From Terracidiphilus sp. (GTDB taxonomy: Bacteria; Acidobacteriota; Terriglobia; Terriglobales; Acidobacteriaceae), in assembly GCA_017883405.1 (NCBI GenBank), contig JADGNO010000163.1, positions 24,524 through 88,523 of the forward strand: 64,000 bases of DNA, in the 5' to 3' direction. Of this stretch, positions 36,709 to 47,040 are shown one piece after another. The position numbers and the translations under genes were made by a program. Each line of letters begins with the position of its first letter. Position 1 is the stretch's first letter. Below the pieces are notes generated by a model that did not search any database, had not been told where the DNA came from, and was given only the letters and a program-made list of their open reading frames with translations.

Positions 36709-39700
36709 TTAGTAAATCAACTTGAGAGACAACTGTATCTGCCGCGAGGTGCCGGCCGTCTTGCTGATGACACCAAAGCCCGAGCCAGTAAGTGTGTTTG
36801 ACGGCAGGCCCATGTTCACAATGTTGAACAGGTTGAAGAACTCTCCGCGCAGTTGGAGATCCATTCGTTCAGCTCCGCTCTTGCGCCTGCCGAACGCCGT
36901 GTCTTTAATCAATGCAAAATCGAAGTTATAGTAAGCCGGCCCGCGAAACGTGTTGCGCCCAAGCGTTCCAAATCGCCCCTGGTTCGGCCCGGTTCCGCCT
37001 GCAATGTGGATGGGGATGGAAAAGTACGCCGAAGCATTGTTCGTTCCCTGGCCAAAGTAGTCTTCGCGCACCTTCCGCGCGGTAGAAAGCCGCGGCACTG
37101 CGATCTGATCGGGACGATCGGCGCCTTTTGAACCTGCACCCGTTTGCTGCGTGCCGGAAAGGACGGTAAACGGTGAGCCCGAGCTGATGCTCGAAATGCT
37201 CAGCAACTCCCATCCATCGGTCACCTTCCTGCTGACAGGCTGCAAAAAGTTCACGCTCTCCAGATGCAGATCCTGCGCAACGCTAAGACCAAAGCCGTTG
37301 GTTGTGTCGAACGAAGACGGGCCTCTTTCCGGATGGAAGTCGAATGGGTTCTGCGGAGCACCCATCACACTGCTCGCATTGTCGATTGACTTACTCCACG
37401 TGTAACTCGCAAGTATGCCCGGGCCGCTGCGCCCAACAGTTCCCGAAAGTGACGCCTGAAATGCGTGATAACTCGAGTGTGAAATGGAGCTGACTACGTT
37501 CTCCATACCATGTCCGCCGATGATGTTTCCTGCACTGTCGAACCTGGTGTATTGAGCGAAGGCAGGCGTGGCGCCCGGATAGGCGTTGGGATAAACCGCC
37601 ACGGGCAGCTTTTGAGCGGCGGTGCCCACGTAACTCGCACTTCCGGTCAGGTTGCCAAAACTGCGCTCCACTCCCAGCGTCCAGGTGTAGAGCGTGGCGT
37701 TTACAAAGTCCGGATCTACACTGCTCAATTCCAGATCGCTGACCACGTGGCCCGGGGTGAGCGCTGCAACTTCCTGCTCGTATCTGTCCACGTCCATTTC
37801 AGTGTTCGGCGCAACCGTGTCGGTGCGACCCGTTGGAAACATATCGGCGCCACCAGCGGTATAAGTGCGCGGCAACTGCGACGGCGTGATTTGAAATCCA
37901 TAATGGATAGGCGCATTCGCAGCGGAAAGCAAGCGCGGAAACACGGCAAATGGCGCGGCCCCGGTTAGGAAGTTATCCTGCCAGAGATTTGGCGGAATCA
38001 GCGTGATGCCGCCTCCCGCATGGATCTGGAGATTCTTCGCGGCCTGCCACGCCAGCTGCACGCGAGGACCCCATCCGTTCCACTGTTTTGTATAACCCGG
38101 CTGCGGGTTTACTACATACTTCTGAACTCCGTTTGCAAGCTGCAGGCCTGCGGTTCGCCGCGCGCGCTCGCTGATGGGGGTGTACATTTCCCAGCGAAGT
38201 CCGTAATTCAACGTGACGCGGCCGGTGAGTTTCCATGTGTCCTGAACGTAGGCATTCACATTGTTACGGCTGATTGCCGCAGGCCCAATATGTTCTCCGC
38301 TGGAAAAGTACGGAGGCGCGACAGCGACGGAATAATCGAATGGGCTGCCCGTAAGGAAACTTGAAAGTGTATCTGGCAGCGGATCGCCAGGATTGATATC
38401 GTGCTTTCCACTTTGCGATGGAATATGAACAGCGGAATAGGCTCTTCCGCCGCCGAACTCATATGAGCCGTTTGGACTGATTCCGAAATACGTTGTGTCG
38501 CGATTGGCGCGCCACTCGGCGCCACCTTTGAGTGCATGTCTGGCCGTAGTGTATTGAACGTTGCCCTGCAGCTGGAAGAGGTTGCCGTAAGCCTGCATCA
38601 CTGTGCCGCCGGCGGAGTTGAATGGCTCAAATAGTCCGTCGCTGAATTTGACTGCCGGATCGGTTTGATTCGGTGTAGGGAACCCGGGCGTGGAACGTTG
38701 AATATTCAAAGACGTCGCGAAACTGAGCCGCGGCGAAGCAGTGTGGGTCCAGGTACCCACTACGTTCCGTTCGCGATCAATGAATTGAACCCCGAATGTC
38801 GGATCGATCGCAGTCTGGCTGGGATTGGTCGTCGGACCGGTGATGTTGTCCAGCGTGAAGCGCGCAAAGAACTGGTCTTTCGCCGAAAGCCGGTGATCGA
38901 GGCGAAGAGAGAACTGGTCTGCATTGGTAATAACTTTTGACGCGGTAGAGTAAGTATGCCCCTGGTACGAACCAGTGGGATTATTGGGCAACGGGTACCG
39001 CCTGAGCACACTCGCGATGCCAGGATCGATCGGCACTGTGAGCGTATCCACAAGCCCGTCGGGAAAAGTCAGCGTATCCAGCCCGGCGCGATCACTTGCA
39101 TCGGGTACCGGCATCACCTGCGTAGTGCCAAGCACTTGGCGGAAGCCCTGGTACTCAGTGAAATAAAAAGTGCGGCTGCGGCCATCGTAAAAGTGAGGCA
39201 GGAAGATGGGGCCGCCATTGGTGAATCCAAATTCGTTGCGGCGAAACGGCGGAATCCTGCCGGGATAGGCGAGCGTCGCGTGATCAAAGTAATTGCGCGC
39301 GTCGAATGAGGAGTTACGTACGAACTCGAACATTGATCCATGAAAACCGCTGGCGCCGGACCGCGTAATGATGTTGGTAAAACCCGCTGCTCCCCTTCCA
39401 ATTTCGGCGGGCATCCATCCCGAGCTCGACTGAATCTGTTCGACGGCATCGACGTTGAAATTTGAAAACGTAGCGCCACCCATCTCTGGATCGCTGATGT
39501 CTGCACCGTCCATGGCAAAAACCGCTTCAACACCGCGCTGGCCATTAATTGCGAACTGCGCCGTGAAGTTTGTTGAACCATTTGTATCGGTCATGGTGCC
39601 CGCGGCCAACAGCAGCAACGTTCCGAAATCGCGCTTGTTGAGCGGCAGTTCACTCACCGCCTGGCTCGAAAGTTGCTCACCGCCGGTGGCGGCTTGACCG

Positions 39701-40041
39701 TGTTGAGCGGTAACCGTGAGTTCGCCGCGGTCAGACAATGTGAGTAAAGCGGCTGCCCCGGTCGCGGTCAGATCAATCGGCACCGCATATTTTATTTTTC
39801 GATCCTTCGTTTGGACTGTCAGGCTATATTGCGCCGCAGGCAGCGGTTGTAGCGCAAAGGCGCCATCGCTGCCTGTGGTAGCTTCAGATCCGTTGCCATT
39901 GCCCGCAAGGCTGATCTTTGCTCCCGCGATGGGCGCCCCAGCAGGATTACGCAGCACGCCTTTCCATGAACCCTGCGTCGGCGGCTGAGCTTGCGTTGTG
40001 ATTGCCAAAAAAGCTAATGCTGCGATAAAGGCCAAGAACAT
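36709..40041 (-). CDS. Oar-like TonB-dependent receptor with carboxypeptidase-regulatory-like N-domain
   Basis: ELPLNKRDF, FVRNSSFDARNYF, YVQDTWK, NYGLRWE, C-terminal RQIQLSLKLIY; start uncertain (40041 or slightly upstream). Confidence 0.88.
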   Translation of the reverse strand: MFLAFIAALAFLAITTQAQPPTQGSWKGVLRNPAGAPIAGAKISLAGNGNGSEATTGSDGAFALQPLPAAQYSLTVQTKDRKIKYAVPIDLTATGAAALLTLSDRGELTVTAQHGQAATGGEQLSSQAVSELPLNKRDFGTLLLLAAGTMTDTNGSTNFTAQFAINGQRGVEAVFAMDGADISDPEMGGATFSNFNVDAVEQIQSSSGWMPAEIGRGAAGFTNIITRSGASGFHGSMFEFVRNSSFDARNYFDHATLAYPGRIPPFRRNEFGFTNGGPIFLPHFYDGRSRTFYFTEYQGFRQVLGTTQVMPVPDASDRAGLDTLTFPDGLVDTLTVPIDPGIASVLRRYPLPNNPTGSYQGHTYSTASKVITNADQFSLRLDHRLSAKDQFFARFTLDNITGPTTNPSQTAIDPTFGVQFIDRERNVVGTWTHTASPRLSFATSLNIQRSTPGFPTPNQTDPAVKFSDGLFEPFNSAGGTVMQAYGNLFQLQGNVQYTTARHALKGGAEWRANRDTTYFGISPNGSYEFGGGRAYSAVHIPSQSGKHDINPGDPLPDTLSSFLTGSPFDYSVAVAPPYFSSGEHIGPAAISRNNVNAYVQDTWKLTGRVTLNYGLRWEMYTPISERARRTAGLQLANGVQKYVVNPQPGYTKQWNGWGPRVQLAWQAAKNLQIHAGGGITLIPPNLWQDNFLTGAAPFAVFPRLLSAANAPIHYGFQITPSQLPRTYTAGGADMFPTGRTDTVAPNTEMDVDRYEQEVAALTPGHVVSDLELSSVDPDFVNATLYTWTLGVERSFGNLTGSASYVGTAAQKLPVAVYPNAYPGATPAFAQYTRFDSAGNIIGGHGMENVVSSISHSSYHAFQASLSGTVGRSGPGILASYTWSKSIDNASSVMGAPQNPFDFHPERGPSSFDTTNGFGLSVAQDLHLESVNFLQPVSRKVTDGWELLSISSISSGSPFTVLSGTQQTGAGSKGADRPDQIAVPRLSTARKVREDYFGQGTNNASAYFSIPIHIAGGTGPNQGRFGTLGRNTFRGPAYYNFDFALIKDTAFGRRKSGAERMDLQLRGEFFNLFNIVNMGLPSNTLTGSGFGVISKTAGTSRQIQLSLKLIY

Positions 40042-40281
40042 TCTCTTCGCCGCGCGATCTTTATTCGATGAGAGCGTCCTACTCCAGCGATCAATATTCA
40101 CAAGAATCCAAACCTTGTCACGTATAAAGCATGATGACGATTGCAGGCATAAACGCCTGCATATGAAGCCAGAGCAAGCTATTCCGGCGTTGCATTGGAT
40201 TATAGCTTTCGTGCCTCGGCGCTCCTTACGGCGTTCAAGCCACGTCACTGCGCGCCGGGACACTACACTAGTTGTTAGCGC

Positions 40282-41655
40282 ATGGCCGACACAGCAACAA
40301 CGAATGAAACTATCGCCGCAATCTCAACGCCTGCCGGCCGGGGTGGCATTGGCATTGTTCGCCTCAGCGGTCCTGATGCCAGTTCGATTGCGGTTCAGCT
40401 CGTGAGCCTCCGGCATCCACTGGAGCACGGCCGCGCACGGCTGGCGGATGTTCTCGACGACCCAACCGGCAAAGCCGACAGGATCGACGAGGCTGTCGTT
40501 ACGTTCTACGCTGCTCCCAATTCTTATACCGCTGATGATCTGGTTGAGATCTCTGCGCACGGGTCGCCGGTTGTCCTCGACCTGCTGTTACGGCGCGCGC
40601 TCGATTTAGGAGCCCGTCTTGCAGAGCCCGGCGAATTCACGCAGCGCGCGTTTTTATCGGGCCGCATGGACCTGACGCAGGCCGAAGCAGTACGAGACCT
40701 GATTGATGCGCAGACGCTCACGCAGGTGCGGCAGGCAGCCAGCCAGATGGGAGGCGCGCTTAGCCGTCGCGTGGCGCCAATTAAGCAGTCGTTAGTGGAG
40801 CTGGTGGCACTTCTTGAAGCGGGCATCGATTTCGCTGAAGACGATGTAGACGTTACCGATAAGCAGGAGATCGCCCGCCGCATTAACGAATTGAAGCAGC
40901 CGCTCATCGCGCTTGAAGCCTCCTACGCGCGTGGCCGCATTGTGCACGACGGGCTGACGCTTGCGATCGTCGGACGTCCCAACGCAGGCAAGAGTTCTCT
41001 GTTCAACAGGCTTGTGGAGCGGGACCGCGCTATCGTAACGGCAACACCGGGAACCACACGCGACCTTGTCACGGAGCGAATCTCGCTGGATGGAATTCCG
41101 CTCGAACTCGTGGATACCGCTGGCCTGCGCGAAGGTCTTGAAGAGGCTGAACAGTTGGGGATCGCGCGCAGCCGCGAAGCGTTGGCAGATGCCGCCGTTG
41201 TGTTGATCGTGCTCGATGCGACGCAGCCGCTGAATGAAGAAGAACATCGATTGATGGAAGCGGTAGAAAATCGTCCAGCGATCGTCGCCATCAACAAGAG
41301 TGACCTTCCAACGGCAAATGCAGTACCGCACGAGACCGCCCATGTTCCAGCCGTGCGTACGTCTGCATTGACCGGCGAAGGAATTCCCGCTCTCCGCGAA
41401 CGTATATTGGCCCTGGTCACGGGCGGCGCCGCATCGGAACCCGGAATGCTGACCAGCATCCGGCACCATCAGGCGATCACTACCGCGTTGTCGGCAATGA
41501 GTGATGCAGCTGAAGCAAACTCCGGCGGAATTCCCCATGAAATGATCCTGCTGGATCTTTACCGCGCGCTTTGGGCGCTCGATTCCCTAACCGGTCAAAC
41601 CACGACAGACGACATCCTGAACCTGATCTTCTCAACCTTCTGCATCGGAAAATAA
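40282..41655 (+). CDS. mnmE: tRNA modification GTPase MnmE
   Basis: TIAAISTP.GRGGIGIVRLSG, GRPNAGKSS, PGTTRD, DTAG, NKSD, C-terminal FCIGK. Confidence 0.98.
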   Translation: MADTATTNETIAAISTPAGRGGIGIVRLSGPDASSIAVQLVSLRHPLEHGRARLADVLDDPTGKADRIDEAVVTFYAAPNSYTADDLVEISAHGSPVVLDLLLRRALDLGARLAEPGEFTQRAFLSGRMDLTQAEAVRDLIDAQTLTQVRQAASQMGGALSRRVAPIKQSLVELVALLEAGIDFAEDDVDVTDKQEIARRINELKQPLIALEASYARGRIVHDGLTLAIVGRPNAGKSSLFNRLVERDRAIVTATPGTTRDLVTERISLDGIPLELVDTAGLREGLEEAEQLGIARSREALADAAVVLIVLDATQPLNEEEHRLMEAVENRPAIVAINKSDLPTANAVPHETAHVPAVRTSALTGEGIPALRERILALVTGGAASEPGMLTSIRHHQAITTALSAMSDAAEANSGGIPHEMILLDLYRALWALDSLTGQTTTDDILNLIFSTFCIGK

Positions 41656-41809
41656 ATATAAACTTGGGGTGCTGGATGAAATTCTACACTGCAATTTGAA
41701 GTGATCTGGCGACGCTGACCTTCATTGGCTGTTTCTATCCAGTCGTCGCCCTGAGCGGAATTTTCGAATCCTTTCAGTTTGCCGATGACGCCATGGAGGC
41801 ATCAAAACC

Positions 41810-43426
41810 GTGAAGATTACCAGAAGAAAAGTTCTTTCTCTCCTCTCTGGAGCGCCTGCGCTCCTCTTGTCCCGCAAATCCCAGGCAGCAATCTCTGTCC
41901 TTGATATAGGTCCACGATTCGGCGAAGCTAATTCGGCAATTCAAGACTCATCGGCCAATCCCGATCTGGCTATCGCGCCGGGCCCCTTCAAGGGAACGCG
42001 TCAGTCACTTCGCGAATGGCAGATTCCTGACTGGTATCGCGATGCCAAATTTGGCATATGGGCACATTGGGGGCCGCAGTCCGCCGTCGAATACGGAGAC
42101 TGGTACGCCCGCAACATGTACATCCAGGGGCATAAGCAGTACGAGTACCACGTGAAGACTTACGGCCATCCGACAAAGATCGGATTCAAGAATTTGATTC
42201 CGAAGTGGACGGCTGACAAATTTGATGCCGACCACCTGCTCGGTCTCTACAAGAAAGCCGGAGCGAAGTACTTCTGCAGCATGGCCGTGCATCACGACGG
42301 ATTCGACCTATGGGATTCGAAGTACCAGCCGCGCTGGAACGCGGTTGCCACGGGGCCGAAGAGAGACATCGTGGGTGCGTTCCGAAGTGCCGCCCAGAAG
42401 CACGGGCTCCGTTTCGCCCTTAGCGAGCATCTCGCACCGAGCTATCACTGGTTTTCAACATCGCACATGAGCGACAAGACAGGCCCGCTGGCCGGAGTTC
42501 CATACGACGGCGCCGACGCAAGCTATGCCGATCTATACCATGAGCTGCCGAAGTATTATCCCTACAGCTACAGAATCCTCAACGACCGCCAGGCACCCAC
42601 TCCATGGAAGCAGCACTACTTCAACCGCATTAAAGATCTGGTCGACAAATATCAACCCGACCTACTTTACTCGGACGGTGACATCTTTTTCGAGGACTAC
42701 GGCTTGGGGCTGGTTGCGAATCTTTACAACGTGAGCGCCAATCGTCACGGCGGCCGTTGCGAGGCCGTGTACACCAGCAAGCTGCCGAGTGACTGCCAGG
42801 TCGGGACATGCGTGCTGGACTGGGAGCGTGGCGTAGCTGCCGGCATCCCGGCTAACCCTTGGCAGACCGACAGTTGTATCGGCGAGTGGCACTACAATCG
42901 AGAAGCTCAATACAAATCGCCCAAGTATGTGATCGACCTGCTTGTCGACATCGTTAGTCGCAATGGGAATCTGATGCTCAATTTCCCGTTGCCAAACAGC
43001 GGCGAGCTGGATTACGAAGAGCGGCTGATTCTCGAGGAAATCACAAAATGGATGTCGATTAATAGCGAGGGCATCTACGCGAGCCGGCCGTGGAAGATCT
43101 TCGGCGACGGTCCCGTGGCTACCGCGCCACCGTCCGCAGGAGGAACTCGCTTTAACGAGTCAGGCCGCAAAGAGTTGACCGCCGACGAAGTGCGCTTCAC
43201 AACCAATGGCGACACACTCTATGCATTCATCATGGGCTGGCCAGAGAAGTTAGCCTTGATCAAGCCACTTGCCACTTCAAGCCCACTCTCGCCGCCAAAG
43301 ATCAGAAACGTGGAACTGCTGGGTTACAAAGACAAGATCATCTGGACCCAGGATGAACAAGGCCTGACTGTCGTGATGCCAGAGCAGAAACCTTGTGACT
43401 ATGCGATCACCTTGAAGATTGTCTAG
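41810..43426 (+). CDS. Alpha-L-fucosidase-like glycoside hydrolase (GH29), Tat signal
   Basis: TRRKVL; P.WYRDAKFGIWAHWG, HHDGF, LVDIVSRNGNLMLN. Confidence 0.88.
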   Translation: MKITRRKVLSLLSGAPALLLSRKSQAAISVLDIGPRFGEANSAIQDSSANPDLAIAPGPFKGTRQSLREWQIPDWYRDAKFGIWAHWGPQSAVEYGDWYARNMYIQGHKQYEYHVKTYGHPTKIGFKNLIPKWTADKFDADHLLGLYKKAGAKYFCSMAVHHDGFDLWDSKYQPRWNAVATGPKRDIVGAFRSAAQKHGLRFALSEHLAPSYHWFSTSHMSDKTGPLAGVPYDGADASYADLYHELPKYYPYSYRILNDRQAPTPWKQHYFNRIKDLVDKYQPDLLYSDGDIFFEDYGLGLVANLYNVSANRHGGRCEAVYTSKLPSDCQVGTCVLDWERGVAAGIPANPWQTDSCIGEWHYNREAQYKSPKYVIDLLVDIVSRNGNLMLNFPLPNSGELDYEERLILEEITKWMSINSEGIYASRPWKIFGDGPVATAPPSAGGTRFNESGRKELTADEVRFTTNGDTLYAFIMGWPEKLALIKPLATSSPLSPPKIRNVELLGYKDKIIWTQDEQGLTVVMPEQKPCDYAITLKIV

Positions 43427-43686
43427 CACTGCGGTGGCGCATACGTTTACTCTACATTCGCGGATTTGAACGAATCGTGTTGGACCGATGATAACCATCG
43501 CCTTGGAGATGCGAGATCACTGGGAGAAGAATTGTTCCAGTTTGCATATTTGCGGCGGATGGATTCTTACGGCTCGCACCGGACATGCTCTGAGTGAAGC
43601 TCTTGCGCCTTGACCGGGAACGCTGCCCCCAACGGTCTTCATGGTCGTCTCCGATTCGCAGGCGAATTCGATTAAGCAGGAAAAGA

Positions 43687-46600
43687 ATGATCAAAACTGC
43701 ATTTAGATTTGCACTGATCTGCGCAACATTGGCACTAACTCACGGAGCAGCGGCCGGAGCGGTCGCAAATGGAAGTCCGTCCAGGCTACAAGGCCCTTGC
43801 GACATCTATGCCGCAGCGGGCACTCCCTGCGTTGCCGCTCACAGTACTACTCGCGCAATGTACGCCTCCTACAACGGCCCCCTTTACCAGGTCTTGCGTC
43901 AATCGGACGGCAAGACACTCGACATCGGCATCGTCAAGCCGATCTCATCGCCACCCAAAGGTGTAGGAGGTTATGCCGACGCCGCTGCGCAGGATGCGTT
44001 TTGCGCGAAGGCAACTTGCGTCGTCAACGTTATCTACGATCAGTCCGGTAGGGGTAACGACCTTTACCAGGCGGCCCCAGGAACATTCAAGGGGCCGGCG
44101 AAAGGCGGGTTTGATACACAGCCGTTTGCCGATATGGCGCCAATCACGATCAGTGGCCACAAAGCTTACGGCGTTTTCATCATGCCGGGAATGGGCTTCC
44201 GCAACAACAATGCAGTTGACCTTGCTGTCGACGATGAACCAGAAGGCATCTACTACGTTGTCGATGGCCATCACTACGACAGCGGCTGTTGCTTTGACTA
44301 CGGCAACTCGTCTACGAACGGTCGAGCGGTAGGCACGGGCACCATGGAGACCACCTACTTTGGTACATCCACCGCTTGGGGCAGAGGCGTTGGCCCCGGG
44401 CCGTGGATCATGAGCGACATGGAGGCAGGCCTGTTTTCCGGACACGATGCGAAACAGAATGCCGGCGATCCAACCATCGATTCATGGCGTTTTGTAACTG
44501 CAGTTGTTGACGGCGGTGGTGGCAACCGCTGGGATTTGCGCGGCGGCAACGCGCAGCAGGGCGGCTTAACAACCTTCTACAGTGGAATTCGACCGGATGC
44601 GAGGAGGGGAGGAGGCTACTTCCCAATGCACAAGAAAGGCGCGCTTCTCCTCGGAACTGGCGGTGACAACGGCAACGGTTCCTCCGGCACATTTTACGAA
44701 GGTGCAATGACGACCGGGTATCCCACTGAAGCCACTACGAATGCGGTGCAGAAGAACATCGTCGATGCCAGGTACGACGTGCAACGTCTTAGCCTTTCAC
44801 GAGTCACAACGTTCAGTCCCGGTTCGACGCAAGACGTTACCGTGAGCTTCACCAACACGACGGGCACACCCGTAGTGGGACTTCAATTAAGCATCTCGCT
44901 GCCCAACCAGAAGTGGAGCGCTGTTCTAACTGGCTCGGACAAAAAAGTCCGGATCTTCAGTGAACCAATCGCTCCGGACCAACATGCTACCGCCACCTTC
45001 AAGGTCACTTCGTCGATTGCTACTGGCTCCGACTTTCTAGTCGGCGAGGCGAAATGGAAGACCGCTACGAGCGACGGTGTGGGACGCGAGACGGTAATCG
45101 AACGCGTTCGAAATGCTCTTCCGATCAAGATCAACGAGGTTCGATTCGGTGAAGGCTTGAATCCCGTCAACCAATTCGTCGAAATCTATAACGCTTCAGA
45201 AAATGAGGTCGATCTTTCGAATTGGAATCTGATTTCCACGCAGAGCCAGTGGGCTCCGGTCAAGCTCGCTACCGTTCCGTCCGGAACAAAACTGAAAAGA
45301 CACGAATACTATCTGATGGGACTTTCCAGTTCCGGTTTAGTGGCCCCAGCGAGTGCAGGAGCAATTGAGGTCAATGTCAGAAGTGTCACTGGCTTCGCAG
45401 CCGGCCAGGAAATAAACGTTGACGGCGAGACGCGCAAAATTATCAGTGTCGGAACGCCGGCCACGGCAAAGACCACGCTGTTCACTCCCGTCTCTACAGG
45501 TCCGTGGCTCACGGTTCCGGTTGGTTCAACCAACTTGCCGGTGGCCAACGCAACAGGTTTCTCGGTCGGCCAAAAGATTGGCATTGATCTTGGTGGCAAC
45601 TATGAACTTGCTACTGTCACGGAAGTCGGCAAGGCAGCCACACAAACGATCTTGTCAGAGACCGTGGCTTCAGGCGCAACCAACATCAAGGTCGCCGTCG
45701 ACTCCGATATAAGCGCAGGGGACAACCTGATTGTGGGCACAGGGCGGCAGAAAGAATTGGTCAAAGTTGCGACAGTCGGTACCGCCGGTGCAACCGGAAC
45801 AGGTGTCACCTTAGACCGCCCTTTGCAATTTGGCCATTCAGAGGGTGTTGACGTGTCTGATGAGGGCACGGGGATTAGCTTCTCACCTGCGACGAAATTC
45901 TTGCATAGGAGCGGCGATGCGCTACAGGCGCTCGGCAGCGGCATCAGGCTCTCCAGTCCCTTGACCCATGACCACGCCTATGGATCTCCAATCGTCAACC
46001 CGTCAGCCACGATGGCCGGTTACCAGGGACTGCCGCAACCAAACCAGTGGTTTGGCGGAACACTCTCTTCCAGCGCAGGTTCAATCGCACTTATGGATGC
46101 AGGTGGGACAACTGTCGATGCCATGGTGTACGGATCGCAGCAAAGCAACTCCAGCGGTAATGGGACGATTGCAAGCCCGGAACTCGCCATCCTCGAAGGA
46201 GACCAGAGTATGGGTGGGTGCATCGTGAGCACGTCAGGCCTGACCAGTGGCGTGGATACGAGTGCCGGGCGTTACCCTGACGGCGCAGACTCCGACAGCA
46301 ACTGCACCGATTTTCTGATGCAGGCGGCCGCCAGTTTGTCGGCCCCTGCGGCCGTCGGCGCCAACAATATCAAAGTCAGCAGTGTAGCCGCCTTTAGCGC
46401 CGGCCAGACCATACTGATTGATACCGGAGCGAATCTCGAGACAGCCATGATCGCCGCAGTTGGAACGGCAGGCGCCACCGCCCTGAACAACGCCGTCGCC
46501 GCAGGCACAACGATGATCCCGGTCGCCAGCATTGTTGGCTTTAACGAAGGCCAGACCATAACTATCGGAGAGGGTGAGAATTCTGAGACGGTTGTAGCCG

Positions 46601-46800
46601 CTTCCGTCAGTAGGTTCCCTACCCATGCAATCATCATCGCCGCGCCGCTCGCCCAGGCTCACGCTGCAGGCTCGCAGGTCTCCGGCACTGGCATCACGCT
46701 CTCCAATGCATTATCACGGGCGCATAGCCGCGGCACACCGATCACCGACAACTCTCCCACCCCCGGTGCGCCAAACAAGTATTCAAGGAAATCTCAATGA
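43687..46800 (+). CDS. Alpha-L-arabinofuranosidase B (GH54) catalytic domain plus multidomain C-terminus
   Basis: PCDIY...TPCVAAHSTTRA, CCFDYGN, GTMETTYFG, GPWIMSDME.G, LGTGGDN..S.GTFYEG; lamin-tail-like and repeat modules follow. Confidence 0.88.
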   Translation: MIKTAFRFALICATLALTHGAAAGAVANGSPSRLQGPCDIYAAAGTPCVAAHSTTRAMYASYNGPLYQVLRQSDGKTLDIGIVKPISSPPKGVGGYADAAAQDAFCAKATCVVNVIYDQSGRGNDLYQAAPGTFKGPAKGGFDTQPFADMAPITISGHKAYGVFIMPGMGFRNNNAVDLAVDDEPEGIYYVVDGHHYDSGCCFDYGNSSTNGRAVGTGTMETTYFGTSTAWGRGVGPGPWIMSDMEAGLFSGHDAKQNAGDPTIDSWRFVTAVVDGGGGNRWDLRGGNAQQGGLTTFYSGIRPDARRGGGYFPMHKKGALLLGTGGDNGNGSSGTFYEGAMTTGYPTEATTNAVQKNIVDARYDVQRLSLSRVTTFSPGSTQDVTVSFTNTTGTPVVGLQLSISLPNQKWSAVLTGSDKKVRIFSEPIAPDQHATATFKVTSSIATGSDFLVGEAKWKTATSDGVGRETVIERVRNALPIKINEVRFGEGLNPVNQFVEIYNASENEVDLSNWNLISTQSQWAPVKLATVPSGTKLKRHEYYLMGLSSSGLVAPASAGAIEVNVRSVTGFAAGQEINVDGETRKIISVGTPATAKTTLFTPVSTGPWLTVPVGSTNLPVANATGFSVGQKIGIDLGGNYELATVTEVGKAATQTILSETVASGATNIKVAVDSDISAGDNLIVGTGRQKELVKVATVGTAGATGTGVTLDRPLQFGHSEGVDVSDEGTGISFSPATKFLHRSGDALQALGSGIRLSSPLTHDHAYGSPIVNPSATMAGYQGLPQPNQWFGGTLSSSAGSIALMDAGGTTVDAMVYGSQQSNSSGNGTIASPELAILEGDQSMGGCIVSTSGLTSGVDTSAGRYPDGADSDSNCTDFLMQAAASLSAPAAVGANNIKVSSVAAFSAGQTILIDTGANLETAMIAAVGTAGATALNNAVAAGTTMIPVASIVGFNEGQTITIGEGENSETVVAASVSRFPTHAIIIAAPLAQAHAAGSQVSGTGITLSNALSRAHSRGTPITDNSPTPGAPNKYSRKSQ

Positions 46801-47040
46801 AGCTGCGTGCCGCACCTCGGACAACAACGTGACGGGTAACCCTTCGATCACTCCGCGACCGTGCTCCGCATTCTAAGAGATCCAGCGGCAATCGATCGAC
46901 GCGCAACGTGATCAGTCAGAAATCAAGACAGACAATGTTAGTCACGAAAGAATGATTCTCCGACACTCTTTACGCGCAAGCTCGGTATCCTCCAACTCTC
47001 ATCATTGAATGACTCAACAAAAGGCGGTACACTTTCCGCC

